A DNA stretch of 64,000 nt, from the NCBI GenBank assembly GCA_013239625.1, contig MU054323.1, forward strand, positions 5,445,220 to 5,509,219, given 5' to 3'. The notes beneath the pieces were generated by a model. It was given only the letters and a program-made list of their open reading frames with translations, did not search any database and had not been told where the DNA came from. The position numbers were made by a program, and so were the translations under genes. Shown here one piece after another: positions 53,089-64,000 of the stretch. Source of the DNA: Lama guanicoe (Eukaryota). The number at the start of each line of letters is the position of its first letter. Position 1 is the first letter of the stretch.

Positions 53089-53899
53089 TCAATGGAATTG
53101 CTATGTCTTGCAAAGTGCTGGAAGGATACTACATGTATTATACGTGTTCCTCTTCCAAGAACCTCCCATCAACTTTGACAGATACACTGGACCCCACCTT
53201 ACAAAGGTACTTCCATAACTACAAATACACTTTGTGTACCCAGTGCTTCTCTCTTTCACTTTAGACTATCCTTTGGCTACTTCAAATTTGCTTTTCATAC
53301 TCCTATATCAATATTTAAAATTCTATATATTTAATACTGGATAATCTTCAGATTTCATTTCAGAAACTTACAATTTTTAATTTTTCCAGAAGAAATGCTC
53401 TAACCAGCAATAGAATTGAGTAAGATTCCTTCCCTTGGACATTTGGCAGAAACATCTTCTTTCATGAAATAGTGGTGTTATTCAACAGTGGTGCATGATT
53501 TCTTTTTTCTTCTCTCTCTCAAGGGAGGAAATTGAAGTATAGCAGAAGATTAAACATTCCCTAGGATATGTATGGTCCCTTTTCTAGTGAAACTAGATAA
53601 AGAAAAGGGTATTTCTGTAGACAGGAATATTTGTGGTTAGGAGTTATAACTGTAAAGTTCTAAAAATTCAAACTATATAGGAAAAAGAATAAATTAATTT
53701 AGTCTGTCTAACCATAGAGAGTTGGTAATTTATTACTTTCATGAAGTTTTTAATATATTTATTTAATATTTTGAATTTTAAAAAACTAAAAAGGCTTCTT
53801 TATCAGTTATGTAGCTAATTTTCGTAAAATTGCTATTTTGGGAAATAGGTAAATCTTACACTGAACTCATAATAACCAACTAGCTCAAATCCAGAATAA

Positions 53900-54575
53900 T
53901 CATTTTAAAGTGAAGGTCAGTGTCACCACTCTGCTCAGTGGCTTTGCCCTCTTACTCAGTGTGACAGCCAAAGTCCTTCCAAGGGTCCACCATTCCACAT
54001 CTCTCTGATGTCAGCTCCCGTTACTCACCCCTCCTGCCCGCCCTACTCCAGTTGACCAGCCATCTATTCCTTGTTCATTTCAGCCCTTGTGTTCTCCCTG
54101 TGTCCTCTGCCTGGAGTGCTCCTCCTCCAACCATCACATGACTCATCCCTGGTCCAGGGCCAGCTACATAATTTGCTGGGCCCACTATAAAATGAAGATA
54201 TCTTCTGTTAAAAAATTATTAAGAATCTCAAGATGGCAACAGCAGAGCATTAAATCAAGTGCAGCACCTGTATGACGACACAGGTAAGTACATCCACAAA
54301 GTATATGCCCTGCTGGCTCCTTGATTCCTTCAGAGCTCTGTTTCAAAGTCACCTTATATTACAGAAGTTGTCCCTCTCTCCATCCTGTATGAAAGAGTTA
54401 CCCCTGGCACCCTTGACCCTTATTTTATTTTATTTTATTTTGATTAATTAATTGTCTACCTTTCCCCAGTGGAATATAAAGTCCACACAGGCTGTGTCAC
54501 CCAGAACGTAGAACATGCCCAGCATATAACATTGTAGCCACTCACATATCTGCCAAATCAATGAATAAATGAGGA
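53900..54575 (+). mobile_element. L2 fragment interrupted by MER91A
   Basis: gtcaccactctgctcagtggc...cctctgcctggagtgctcc; resumes tcagagctctgtttcaaagtcacc...cccagaacgtagaacatgccc...aatgaataaatga. Confidence 0.7.
54155..54312 (-). mobile_element. MER91A-like hAT-Tip100 MITE
   Basis: Terminal CAGGGC...GCCCTG; aaaattattaagaatctcaagatggcaacagcagagcattaaa. Confidence 0.85.
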
Positions 54576-56494
54576 AATGAGGCATAACGAAAATCCAAAG
54601 CCATATGAATACAAAATAATAATAATAATAAGACACATACCAGATTTTAAAAAACAGTGAATACAGAAACTGTGCTTGCTTGTGTGGGGAGAGGTTTGAA
54701 AATTCTAATTTAGGAAGGAGGAGAATGGATTTAGACCCAGCCCTGACATTGGCTGGCTCAATGACTTTGGAAAGGTCTCTTGACCTCTCTGAATCCCATG
54801 TTGTCACCAGCACAGGAAGAGGCCTTCCAATTCTTCGTTTCTGTGACCTTATGGAACAGTCTCAAATGTGACAGAATAAAAATATGATCAGTTGAAGGTA
54901 TTTCCTGTACATCTGGGCCAAAAAATGGAAATGAGGCGCTCTTTGGAATCCTGGTCTGGCGTGTCTGCAGTCTTCTCCAATGGGATAGTCTACTTACAGG
55001 TTTATATGGCACACAGTGCATGTATATACTGCGTGATGTACTGTGGCCTCACAAAACTGTTTTTCCCGAGGGAAAAATAACTCTGCTTTGAGGAGTAGCT
55101 AGAATTCTCATAGATAGCTTATTATGCATCAGACTTTGGGTAACTCGACCATTTAAACTCTCAAATTGGTCATACTAATGTGCTTATTCCAACCCACAGG
55201 CTGTCATACATTTGTTCTATAAAAAGAGATGGAAATCTAAATGTAAAGGCCCCTGAGCCTCCACACTTCTCCTCGCTGCTTGTTGCGATATTCTGGGGTG
55301 TCTATTGCTGAATCTACTGTGGAAAACAGAATCTTCATTTTAATACGCCAAGCTCCTTTTTTATATTATTAATTCCAAGAATCATGAAGAAATGTTGTGA
55401 TCATAAATTCTCTTGGCATAGATGATATTAAAAAAAAACCCACAAAACATTAAAATGCCTTCTGGCTCCATATGTGTCGGTGTTGAAAAATATTTGTTTT
55501 TCCAAATCTTAGCCTCTCTCCTTTTTGGTCAATAATTGTGCACAGTATTTGCTTTGTAGTTTGTTTTTCATGTCCATTTTGCTTGAGATAATGTCCTGTG
55601 TCTTTTTTATTCTTTTGATTCATTTTTCCTCCACTCATTGTGTTTTTTAGCAAAGAAGCAAACTGATTTCTTACCCCAGAATCCACATTAGTCTTTTCCA
55701 CTGAAAGCTTTCTGATGTGCTTTTATCACTGTTTTTAAATAATCCCCATATTCCATCTGATAGAATGAGAGCAAGATGGACCCCCCATCCCCTAAAAATA
55801 GACAGAGGCAAAATGAACCAAAAGTGAAACCCAATACAGTTGCTGAGAGCAAGGCTATGGACTTAGTCAGTTGAATAAGGAAGGGGCTAGGAGTTCTATA
55901 AATCTCAGTACAAGGAAGAATAAAACTTACTACCAGGCTCCGCTGATGCTGAAGCCTTGATAACCTCCTGATTGTAAGCCCTATTTCTAGAGGCAAGGAT
56001 TATAGTTCCTATTGGGTAGCCCCAGTTATAACAGTTAGGGAAATGTGAATACAGGAAATTTGCTTTGTCATCAGCAGGGCAGGTTAGGCAGAGCAGGGCT
56101 TAGTGAATTAAAGATAAGTTATAATTGAATACCTTGTCATTCAGACAGTAAGGATAAAATAAGAGAAAACATTGTATTTACATATTATTCCTAATTGTGC
56201 TACCAGCATGCAAGGAACATCTGAGAAGCATGGCAGTCTAGAACATCCCATGGGCATCCCATGGATGAATCTATACATATAGATCCAGGGACATCAAGGA
56301 TGAGTTCCTGTCCAGGAAGGAAGACATCTCTCCTTTCTAGAGGTTTGGATGAAAACATAAGAAATCTTCCTACCACAGAAAATTAAAAGATAGATTTGGC
56401 TACCTGGGATAGAAGAAAAGACCTCTGTGGTAGGAACTGGAAGATCTATTTCCAACCCCAATTATTTCACTAACCAGCTTGAGTAAAACTCTCA

Positions 56495-58566
56495 GTACCA
56501 GCCCTTCTGTCAGCTAAACACTCTGCATAGGAATGACCCAGTTGACATCATGTGGAACAGAAGAATCACCCAGCTGAGCTCTTCTCAAATTTTTGAAGCT
56601 GAACACTGCTTTGAAATTATATAACTATAAGCTATATAACAATTACAATGTATATATTAAAATAGTCACCATTTGACACTACTGAATTTTGAAGTAACTT
56701 GTTACACAGTAATAGGGAACTGAAACTGAATTTTGTGCTTGAAGTGGGGTGCTATTAGAACACAATCCTAAAGCATGTGGCATTGGCTTTGGAGTGGAGA
56801 AGTAGATGAAAGGTAAAAGATCAGAGGACACTATTGGTAAAGTGTCAAAGGACAAAGGAGAAAATATTTTTGGAGCCTGGAGAAAAGATGTCATAGCAGA
56901 AAGTTTAGTGAAACCATTGACAGTAGTAATGTAGAAAGTAGAAAAAGTGTCTAATGAGATGTTTAGATCAGGCTAGAGGGATTTCTAGACAATATGAAAA
57001 GTAGCAAATTTGACTTTATGTGATAAAATGCTCATAGAGAGGAATTAGATTAAACATGTACAATTTTCAAGCAGATTTTAGAGGAAATACAAAGAAGCCA
57101 AGACTTCCTGTTTCCAAAACAAAAATGTTTCCCATTCCCAGGATCTATGGATGGTGAAATAATCTCTAAGTAAGAAATGGTCTCAGGGTAAAAATCTTAA
57201 GGGTGTTGCTATAAAACCTTTGTTGAGACTCAGAAAGATTTAAGGGTGTGCCTAGTAGGACTGATAAAAATCTTTAGAAAATGCCTAGTGGACCCATTCG
57301 GTAGGAAAGAAGTTGTTAAGAGTCTTAAGGGTAAAATGTTGTAAAATCCTTCATCTAGATAAAAAGGCTTCAAGAATCTTAAAGGCTTTGTCCCACAGTA
57401 CCCTATGTCACAATAAGCCAGAGAGGAGCTTATCTGGAAGATAATTGTGAGTATGATTTTGCTCTAATGGAATTAACCCAAAAAAAGAATCCCACAAACA
57501 CACAAAGAGAGGTTTAAGAGAATTGTACCACAGAAATAGTGAGCTGGATGGAGACAGTCCAAAATGAAAAGGGACCTTTGTACCCACAAAGGAAGCAGAC
57601 TGAGAAAACCGCTCAGCTGCAAGCACAGGTGATTTGTTACATGAAAGGGAAGATGACTCAGAGGAGAAAACCAAGAGCCCAAAGAAGAGAAAGAGGAGCC
57701 ACAGAGAATCATTCCCGGGAAGGAAGGCTGAGCCTAATGAAGGTAGTGGCAACATGTGCCCAGTTCTTTTTTGTAAGTAGTTGGATTTCTGAGTTGGTCT
57801 AGACCAGTGCCTGGTCTGTGCCTATTTTCACCTGTTTGGAGGAGAATGTCTGTTATGTTGATCCTCTTCCTGTATCACCATTATCTGCTGGCTGTGAAGA
57901 GGAAGATAACTTGTCTCTTAATACAACGAATTCAACATAGCTGTATGTAACTTCTAGGCTTATTAATATAACAAGCTCTTGGACCTCAGCTTAAGCCTGA
58001 TGGGGTGAGAATTTTGAAGGTCTTGGGAGATGGTAAATGTATTTGCATGTGGGAGCAATATAAACAATTTGTGGACTGTGATGGATGAAAGATGGTCACA
58101 ATTTCTTTGATCTCCTCCCCTAGAAGGGTGGAGTCTAATGCTCCTCCCTTCTAATCTGAGTTGGCCTCCTTGACTTGTTTGATAGAATGTAGCAGAACTG
58201 ACATTCTGGGATTTTTTAAAACGAGATCACAAAAAGTCTTGAAGCTTTGGCCTGGATGGCCTCTTGCGACAATTTCTGGGGGTCAGGAACCAGCATGCTG
58301 GAGAGGACACAGGCAAGCATTCCAGATGGCATTTCCATTTAGCACAGTCCTCCAACCGTCCACACTGAGGACCAGCCCATCGACCAGCCGAATATTACAG
58401 AGTGACCTCAGTCAATGCCATGCAGAGTAAAAGAATTGCCCAGCTAAGTCCTGCCTGAATGCCTGACCCACAGAATTGTGAGAAAAGAAAAAATCAAACA
58501 ATTTTTCATTTAAGCTGTTATGTCTGGGGAGAGAGGGTTGTTTTGCAGCAGTATGTAACCAGAACA
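56495..58566 (+). mobile_element. MaLR element: partial 5' MLT1 LTR, MLT-int, and full 3' LTR (MLT1H-like, 58077-58566)
   Basis: LTR end followed by gaattttgtgcttgaagtggggtgcta...atgtggcattggctttgga (MLT-int start); int ends aatgtatttgcatgtggga...gtggac; 3' LTR tgtgatgg...aaccagaaca. Confidence 0.8.
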
Positions 58567-59031
58567 AGGTCTCTTTCTCTTTCTGTGTCTTGGTTTCCTC
58601 ATCCACAAAATATGAGATTTGAATCTTACCTCTAAGTTTCTTCAAGTTTTAACAACATGAGCAAAATAACACATAATTATTTTTATTAAGCTGAGATCCT
58701 TGTATGTATAAAGCCATCTATAGATAGTAAGATGACACTAAGATGATCTATAGATAGTAAGATTACACATTCTGTCGCTTCTGACTCAAACATCAGAATT
58801 ATTGTCAGGACACACTAACCAGCCTTCTGGCTGAAGATGGGTTAGCAAGGTTAATGTTTTCATAGAGAGACAAACTGATTTCTCCTCCATGACTCTCCAT
58901 AGGGGCTAGCTAAATGCACCCAAATTACTTAATATCTGAAATAGCTAAGTCTTTCAAACAAGATTTCCCTTGAACAAGGCATATGAAAATTGATCCAGAA
59001 AATGAATTCCTATCTGCAAACAAATCGGTGC

Positions 59032-59034
<3 letters not shown>

Positions 59035-59075
<41 letters not shown>
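59035..59075. repeat. (TG)n microsatellite
   Basis: about 20 TG units. Confidence 0.95.
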
Positions 59076-59079
<4 letters not shown>

Positions 59080-59107
59080 GCATATACTTCTGCCTATTCA
59101 TTTAACA

Positions 59108-59623
59108 CAGGAGTTCTTAACTCTATGTACCCTCAAGGAGTCCACAGATAGAGTTCAAGGGGTTTGCCTACTTTCATAGGAAAAGGTGATGTATTTATTT
59201 TCCTGGACCTTTAACTGAATTTAACTTCAATTATGAATGCAGGTAGCAAACCAGAAAAGTATTAGCAGTATCTGTGATTTTTGCCACCAGCAGAAATCAC
59301 CGATATTTTCATACCACATAACAGTTGTTGGAAGTATCTCAAATTATCACTTATGCTCATCACAACTTTGAATTTAGGGTTATTAACCTCAGGGATAGAG
59401 TCATTGTTTAATAAGATAAATATATCCATGTTTATATATACATATTATTATAATATGTATTCTGCTGTATCCCAAATTTATTTTTGATATTTTGGTAATA
59501 TTTTCTTATAATCAGTTTCATTTTTAATTTATGTATTTTAAAAAAATTGTTCTGAAAAATGATCTGTAGCCTTCCTTAAGTCTAGAGAAGGAATCTATGG
59601 CACCAAAAGGGTAAAAACCCCTC
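59108..59623 (+). mobile_element. MER113-like hAT-Charlie element, near full length
   Basis: caggagttcttaac...ttcaattatgaatgcaggtagcaaacc...gtattagcagtatctgtga...ctatggcaccaaaagggtaaaaacccct; degenerate TIRs. Confidence 0.85.
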
Positions 59624-60359
59624 ACTGGACTGTCCAGGCAGCCAGCACACGTCAAGCACCTGCCATGGGCCCAGCGCAGTCTCAAAGGTCAACATGCCAG
59701 TAAGTTAGTTTTCTTTCATGCTTTGCTTTCTCTTCCTCTTTCCGACATTTGTTGCTCTGAATACTCGTCCCTGACTTAGGCTCTTATCTCACTTCTGCAT
59801 TCTTCATAGATGATTTTGCCTCATCCTTCAATATAGAGAAGATAGAACTTCCTCATTTTATCCATGTCCAGTGTTCCTATTGCTACACATGCGCTGTTCT
59901 TACTCTAACATATAAATTTCCAAATTTCATGTCCCTTTTGAATTTGAAAGTCTAAGTTGCCAACTGCCTACTCTTCCTAGATATCCTTCACACACTTCAA
60001 ATTAAACAGGGTCATTCAGGATCAGTTCCTGCTGTCATAGGCTGTGACCCACACTAACACCTAGGCACACATGGTGACAGCAATTTTGCACGTTAGAATA
60101 TTCGGTGCCATATCTGGATTTAAATCTTTCTCTCTCACCCCCCAAATTCATTCATATTTAATTTGTCCCTTTAAATTTTTCTGAAATCCACTTCTCTTAC
60201 TTGACTCAGGCCCTGCTCAATTCTTGCCATGACCATTTTAATACTCATTTAAAGAATTCCTCATTTCTAGTATCTCATTGTTTTCAATCCAACTAGAATG
60301 ATCTTTCTTTCTAGAACTCAAATTAAGCCATCTCACTTTCCACCTTAAAAACTGTATTG

Positions 60360-60532
60360 CCTAGACCCATGATTCTGACCTGGGTGACTCATGAAAACAC
60401 AGATTGCTGGCCCCGACTCTCAGAGTATTTGATCCACTAAGTCTGTAATAAGGCCTGGAAACTCACATTTCTATCCAATTTCCAGGTGACACTGTTGCTG
60501 CTGGTCAAGAAACCACACTTGAAAATGACTGG
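60360..60532. mobile_element. MER5A-like hAT MITE
   Basis: acacagattgctggcccc...cagagtatttgatccactaagtctg...tccaggtgacactgttgctgctggtcaagaaaccacacttga. Confidence 0.8.
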
Positions 60533-61059
60533 CCTGGACCATTGGTCTTTAAACTTGTTTGATTTGCAGTTCTTCCAGGAAAAAATATTTTAGTACAACC
60601 CCCCAAAATATACATGCCTATATATTTATAAATTATATACCTGCTCTAATGCTCTAACACGGTGGGTACACTATGAAACACACTAGAAGTTATCATCAAA
60701 AGATGAGACCAAAACAAATAGAAAATTTGAGAATATGCTTCCTGCATCCAAATGGATCTTGCTGCACAACCTGCATCAGGGGACTCTGAGACGGACAAAG
60801 ACTAAAAATCAGCCTGTGGCTTGAGATAGACAGGCCTACGCTCTGCCTTGCTGGTCAATCGTAGTCATCCTGTTTGCTCTGCAGTCCTGGCTCCAGGTTA
60901 TTAACAACCTTAGGCAATTTCCTCTCTAAGCCTCTATGTCTTCCTCTGGAAAACATAGGTAACTACCTCCTGGGATTGTTCTTAGGATTAAATAAATTCA
61001 CATGCACAAAAAAAGTCCCTGGCATTTAATAAATGTTTGATTAGTGTTGGCCATTCTGA

Positions 61060-61480
61060 TGGCTCCTGGTTAGACTCCTTATGCTATAACCATGCTGATC
61101 AGTTCACTGTTCCCTGAATAAACACCTGCAACTCAAGGTCTCTGCTTATGTTGTATCCTCTACCTGGAATATACTTCCTTCGTCTCGATTGATAATATCC
61201 TGGCTTATCTTTCACAGCCCAGCTGACAATGCAATGTCCCCTGGGACAACTTACCCGAACCTCTTGGCATAATTAATGGCTCTCTCCTCTGTGTCCCCGT
61301 AGCACTTTCCCAAGCCTCTGAATGTGGCTTTCCATAATGTATTATGGACATTTGCTTACATGCATTTCCTCTGATATTGTGAGCTCCTTGGTGATGCAAA
61401 AAATGTCTAGGTGACCTATGTATCCATCACACTACCCCCAGAAAATGCTTGGCACACAACAGATGGTGGACACTGATGGT
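61060..61480 (+). mobile_element. L2 fragment (continues L2 sequence at about 59900-60350)
   Basis: cctctacctggaatatacttcc...tctctcctctgtgtccccgtagcac...gtgagctccttgg. Confidence 0.65.
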
Positions 61481-61624
61481 AAAAGATGGTGAGGACATGG
61501 GTGTGACAATCCGACCCTAAGAGCACAGCCTAGCCTGTGACCCTGTGTTCAGATGCAGATGGCATCTTCCCCAAGTGACTCCCCACTTCAGCCCCACTTT
61601 TCCCGGTCCCTTGGCCAATGAGGC

Positions 61625-62410
61625 TGTGATATAATAAAATAAATAAATATTTGGTCTCTGTCCTAGATTCCTGGCATACATCTCCTAAAATAAAGCCCTT
61701 GAAAACCTCAGAGTAATGAGTGTCTTTCACACGCTAGTGAGATGACTGGTTCTGGGGGCCCCTGGATAGCTTCAGGATGGAGGTTGTTCATAAGAAAGAC
61801 CAAGCCTTAATGAGAAACTTAGAACTTTCAGTCCCATCTCCTAACTTCTGGGGAGGGGAGAAGGGCTAGAGATCGAGTCCAATCACTAATGCCAATGATT
61901 TAACCCATCATGCCTACATAAAGCAAGGGTTTAAAGAGTTTCTAGGTTGATGAATGCACCCTTGTGCTGGGAAAGTGGCACACCCCACTTCTGCAGGACA
62001 GAAGCTCCAGCGCTAAAGGCCCTTCTGGATCTCACCCTGTGTACCTCTTCATTTGGCTGTTCATTTGTATCTTTCATAATGTCCTTTCTATTAGACCAGT
62101 AAACATCAGTTAAATGTTTTCCTAAGGTTTGTGATGTGTTTTGGCAAATTATCAAACCTGAAGAGGGAGTCCCAGATTTTATAGCCAGTTGGTCAGAAAT
62201 ACACGTGTCAATCTGAGACCTGTGACTGGCATGGAAGCAGTCTTATAAGATGGAGCCCTTAATCTGGGTACTTAGTGTCAGATTAAATTGAATGGTAGGC
62301 GATGTCTCAGTTGATGTCCAGAGAATTGAAGCATTGGTTGGTGTTGGGGGAAAAACTTTAAAAAAAAAAAAGCCACCCGTTTTGTGGAGTGTGAATAAAA
62401 CCAGTTCAGA
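61625..62410 (+). mobile_element. MER21-like solo LTR, near full length, 5-bp TSD GAGGC
   Basis: tgtgatataataaaata...tttggtctctgtcc...gatagcttcaggatgg...tttatagccagttggtcagaa; GAGGC at 61620-61624 and 62411-62415 (terminal CA reads GA). Confidence 0.88.
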
Positions 62411-63562
62411 GAGGCCAATTAGGTTCACATGGAAGTCTGTACCCATCTAACAGAAATATGCTAGCAAACCTAAGAGGTACCCTACCCCTAACTACGCCCT
62501 CGTCAGCCCTGCATCCTCTCCGTCTGAAGAGTATGTCCACAAAATGGTGACAGAACCTGTTAAAACTGATCCCTCAGTTCTTTACCCTGGTTTCTGTAAC
62601 TTCATGGCCTTGCAGATCAAAAAATTGAATGCCTATCTTTAGTTGAAAACTCTTTCCAACTCCATCAATAAGAAAGCTCAAGCTTCCAAGACCCTGAAGT
62701 CTCTGAATCATGCTTCCACTGAGTCAACACTTGACCCCCTCTCTGTTACAGCCAGTTCGAGTGCCCATTCACAGCCATTTGCACCACTGGTAGAATCTGT
62801 TCAAGGATGTATTGCATGCCCTGGTTGTCTTCAGAGTGCATCTTCACTTCTTTCAAGAGTGGGCTTGCTCTTGTAAATCCTTGTTGCCCACTGCAGGAAA
62901 GAAAAATTAAAATCAAATTATACCAACATTTTAATAAACCATTCCAAGCCCTTCCATCACCTGCTAATAAGGTTAACATTGTCACCCTCCCTCTGCCCAG
63001 ATTCACCATTCCATAGAATTCTGTTTACATGTGCTCATGACACTGGGCTATTCTATCGTGAAAGAAAACCTAGCTTCTTGTCACATAAAGTATATTTTAA
63101 AACCATGGCACACGGCATACGGGAGCCAGAAATGCCCTTGTCAACCCTAATGAAAGAAGAATATCAGACTCATTAAAAGGCTAAAGTCCAATCACCCTTC
63201 AGTGATTTTTCTTCTCATCAGCAAAAATGCTCATTAATTCTAATATCTTTGCTTTCAGGCATGAACTATAAGATCTGAACAGAAATTTCATTTGTAATGA
63301 ATACATTTTGACAGAAATAGAATTGTGATGATTCTACTGGTAATAATAATAATAAAACATATCAGGGGAACCAGAGGATATTATGTTCTCTGAGCTGGCA
63401 GGGGATCTGTGAGACCTCACTGTGAAACGGTCTTGTGATTCTCCGGAACCATCTGTATGAAGCACGTGGCCATCACTTAAAAAAAAAAAACTGACTGGCA
63501 TGAAGCTGATTCTTCTAACCAACAGAATGCATAGGTCCAAAAAGGAGACATCCATTACTTAC

Positions 63563-63750
63563 TTGATCAAGTGTTGAAGATATTAATTTATCCTTTGAAT
63601 ACCCCTGAGAGCCTATTTGTGGGACTGTATTTGGCGAGTCTACAGGGATGCCTTTTCTGGGATGGTAGACTTTTGTAAGGATACTTGGGGCAAGTGTGTA
63701 GAAGGCCACAGAGTCACCTTGGAATTCAGAGATTCCACGTCTGGGTCTTC
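63563..63750 (-). other. Candidate internal exon (188 nt) of an unidentified minus-strand transcript
   Basis: Acceptor TCTCCTTCTTTAG|GAAG at 63750, donor CAA|GTAAGTA at 63563/63562; one frame open throughout (RPRRGISEFQGDSVAFYTLAPS...SSTLDQ); no repeat recognised. Confidence 0.45.
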
Positions 63751-64000
63751 CTAAAGAAGGAGATAATCATTCTCCATGATTTAGACATCAATATAATAAC
63801 CAAGACTCTCTCACTTGACTTAGCAGGTATATTTCCCATTAGAAAAATCTTGGAGTTCAGCATACAACAGGACTTAACAAATATTTGTTCAAGGAGTAAG
63901 TGAATAGGTTCAAATTTGCCACTATCCAATTGCTTCCCTAGTCTTTAAGGAATAATGCTCTCCAATCTCAGAATTTAATCCCACAACTGCACTGCAGGCA

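Noticed and set aside
52865..53113. 82-aa ORF with real protein similarity
   Set aside because: L1 ORF2 C-terminal remnant, not a host gene
1..64000. CRISPR arrays, operons or other prokaryotic systems
   Set aside because: Sequence is mammalian; no regularly spaced repeat-spacer array or gene-dense region is present

Overview
Mammalian genomic DNA, most likely camelid (alpaca/camel): a tRNA-derived SINE at 27311-27454 matches my recollection of the camelid Vic-1 family. No protein-coding gene can be named. The window is mostly non-coding and repeat-rich (L1, L2, MIR, MaLR/MLT1, ERV solo LTRs, hAT/Tigger relics, microsatellites). Its main functional landmark is a CpG-island promoter at about 8270-8640 with YY1, ETS, BANP-like and GC-box motifs. 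A minus-strand splice donor and a plus-strand AATAAA suggest the productive transcript runs leftward, possibly including a well-defined 149-nt exon at 718-570. A second candidate minus-strand exon lies at 63750-63563. Well-supported oddities are a twin-primed (5'-inverted) L1 insertion, a solo ERV LTR with duplicated CCAAT/octamer modules and a TATA box, a MaLR element retaining its internal region, two TSD-bounded MER21-like LTRs of very different size, and several perfect hairpins and local duplications. I found no convincing evidence of a new biological system. Repeat family names come from remembered consensus sequences rather than a search, and repeat boundaries are approximate unless TSDs are given. 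Most ORFs in the track look like chance ORFs.
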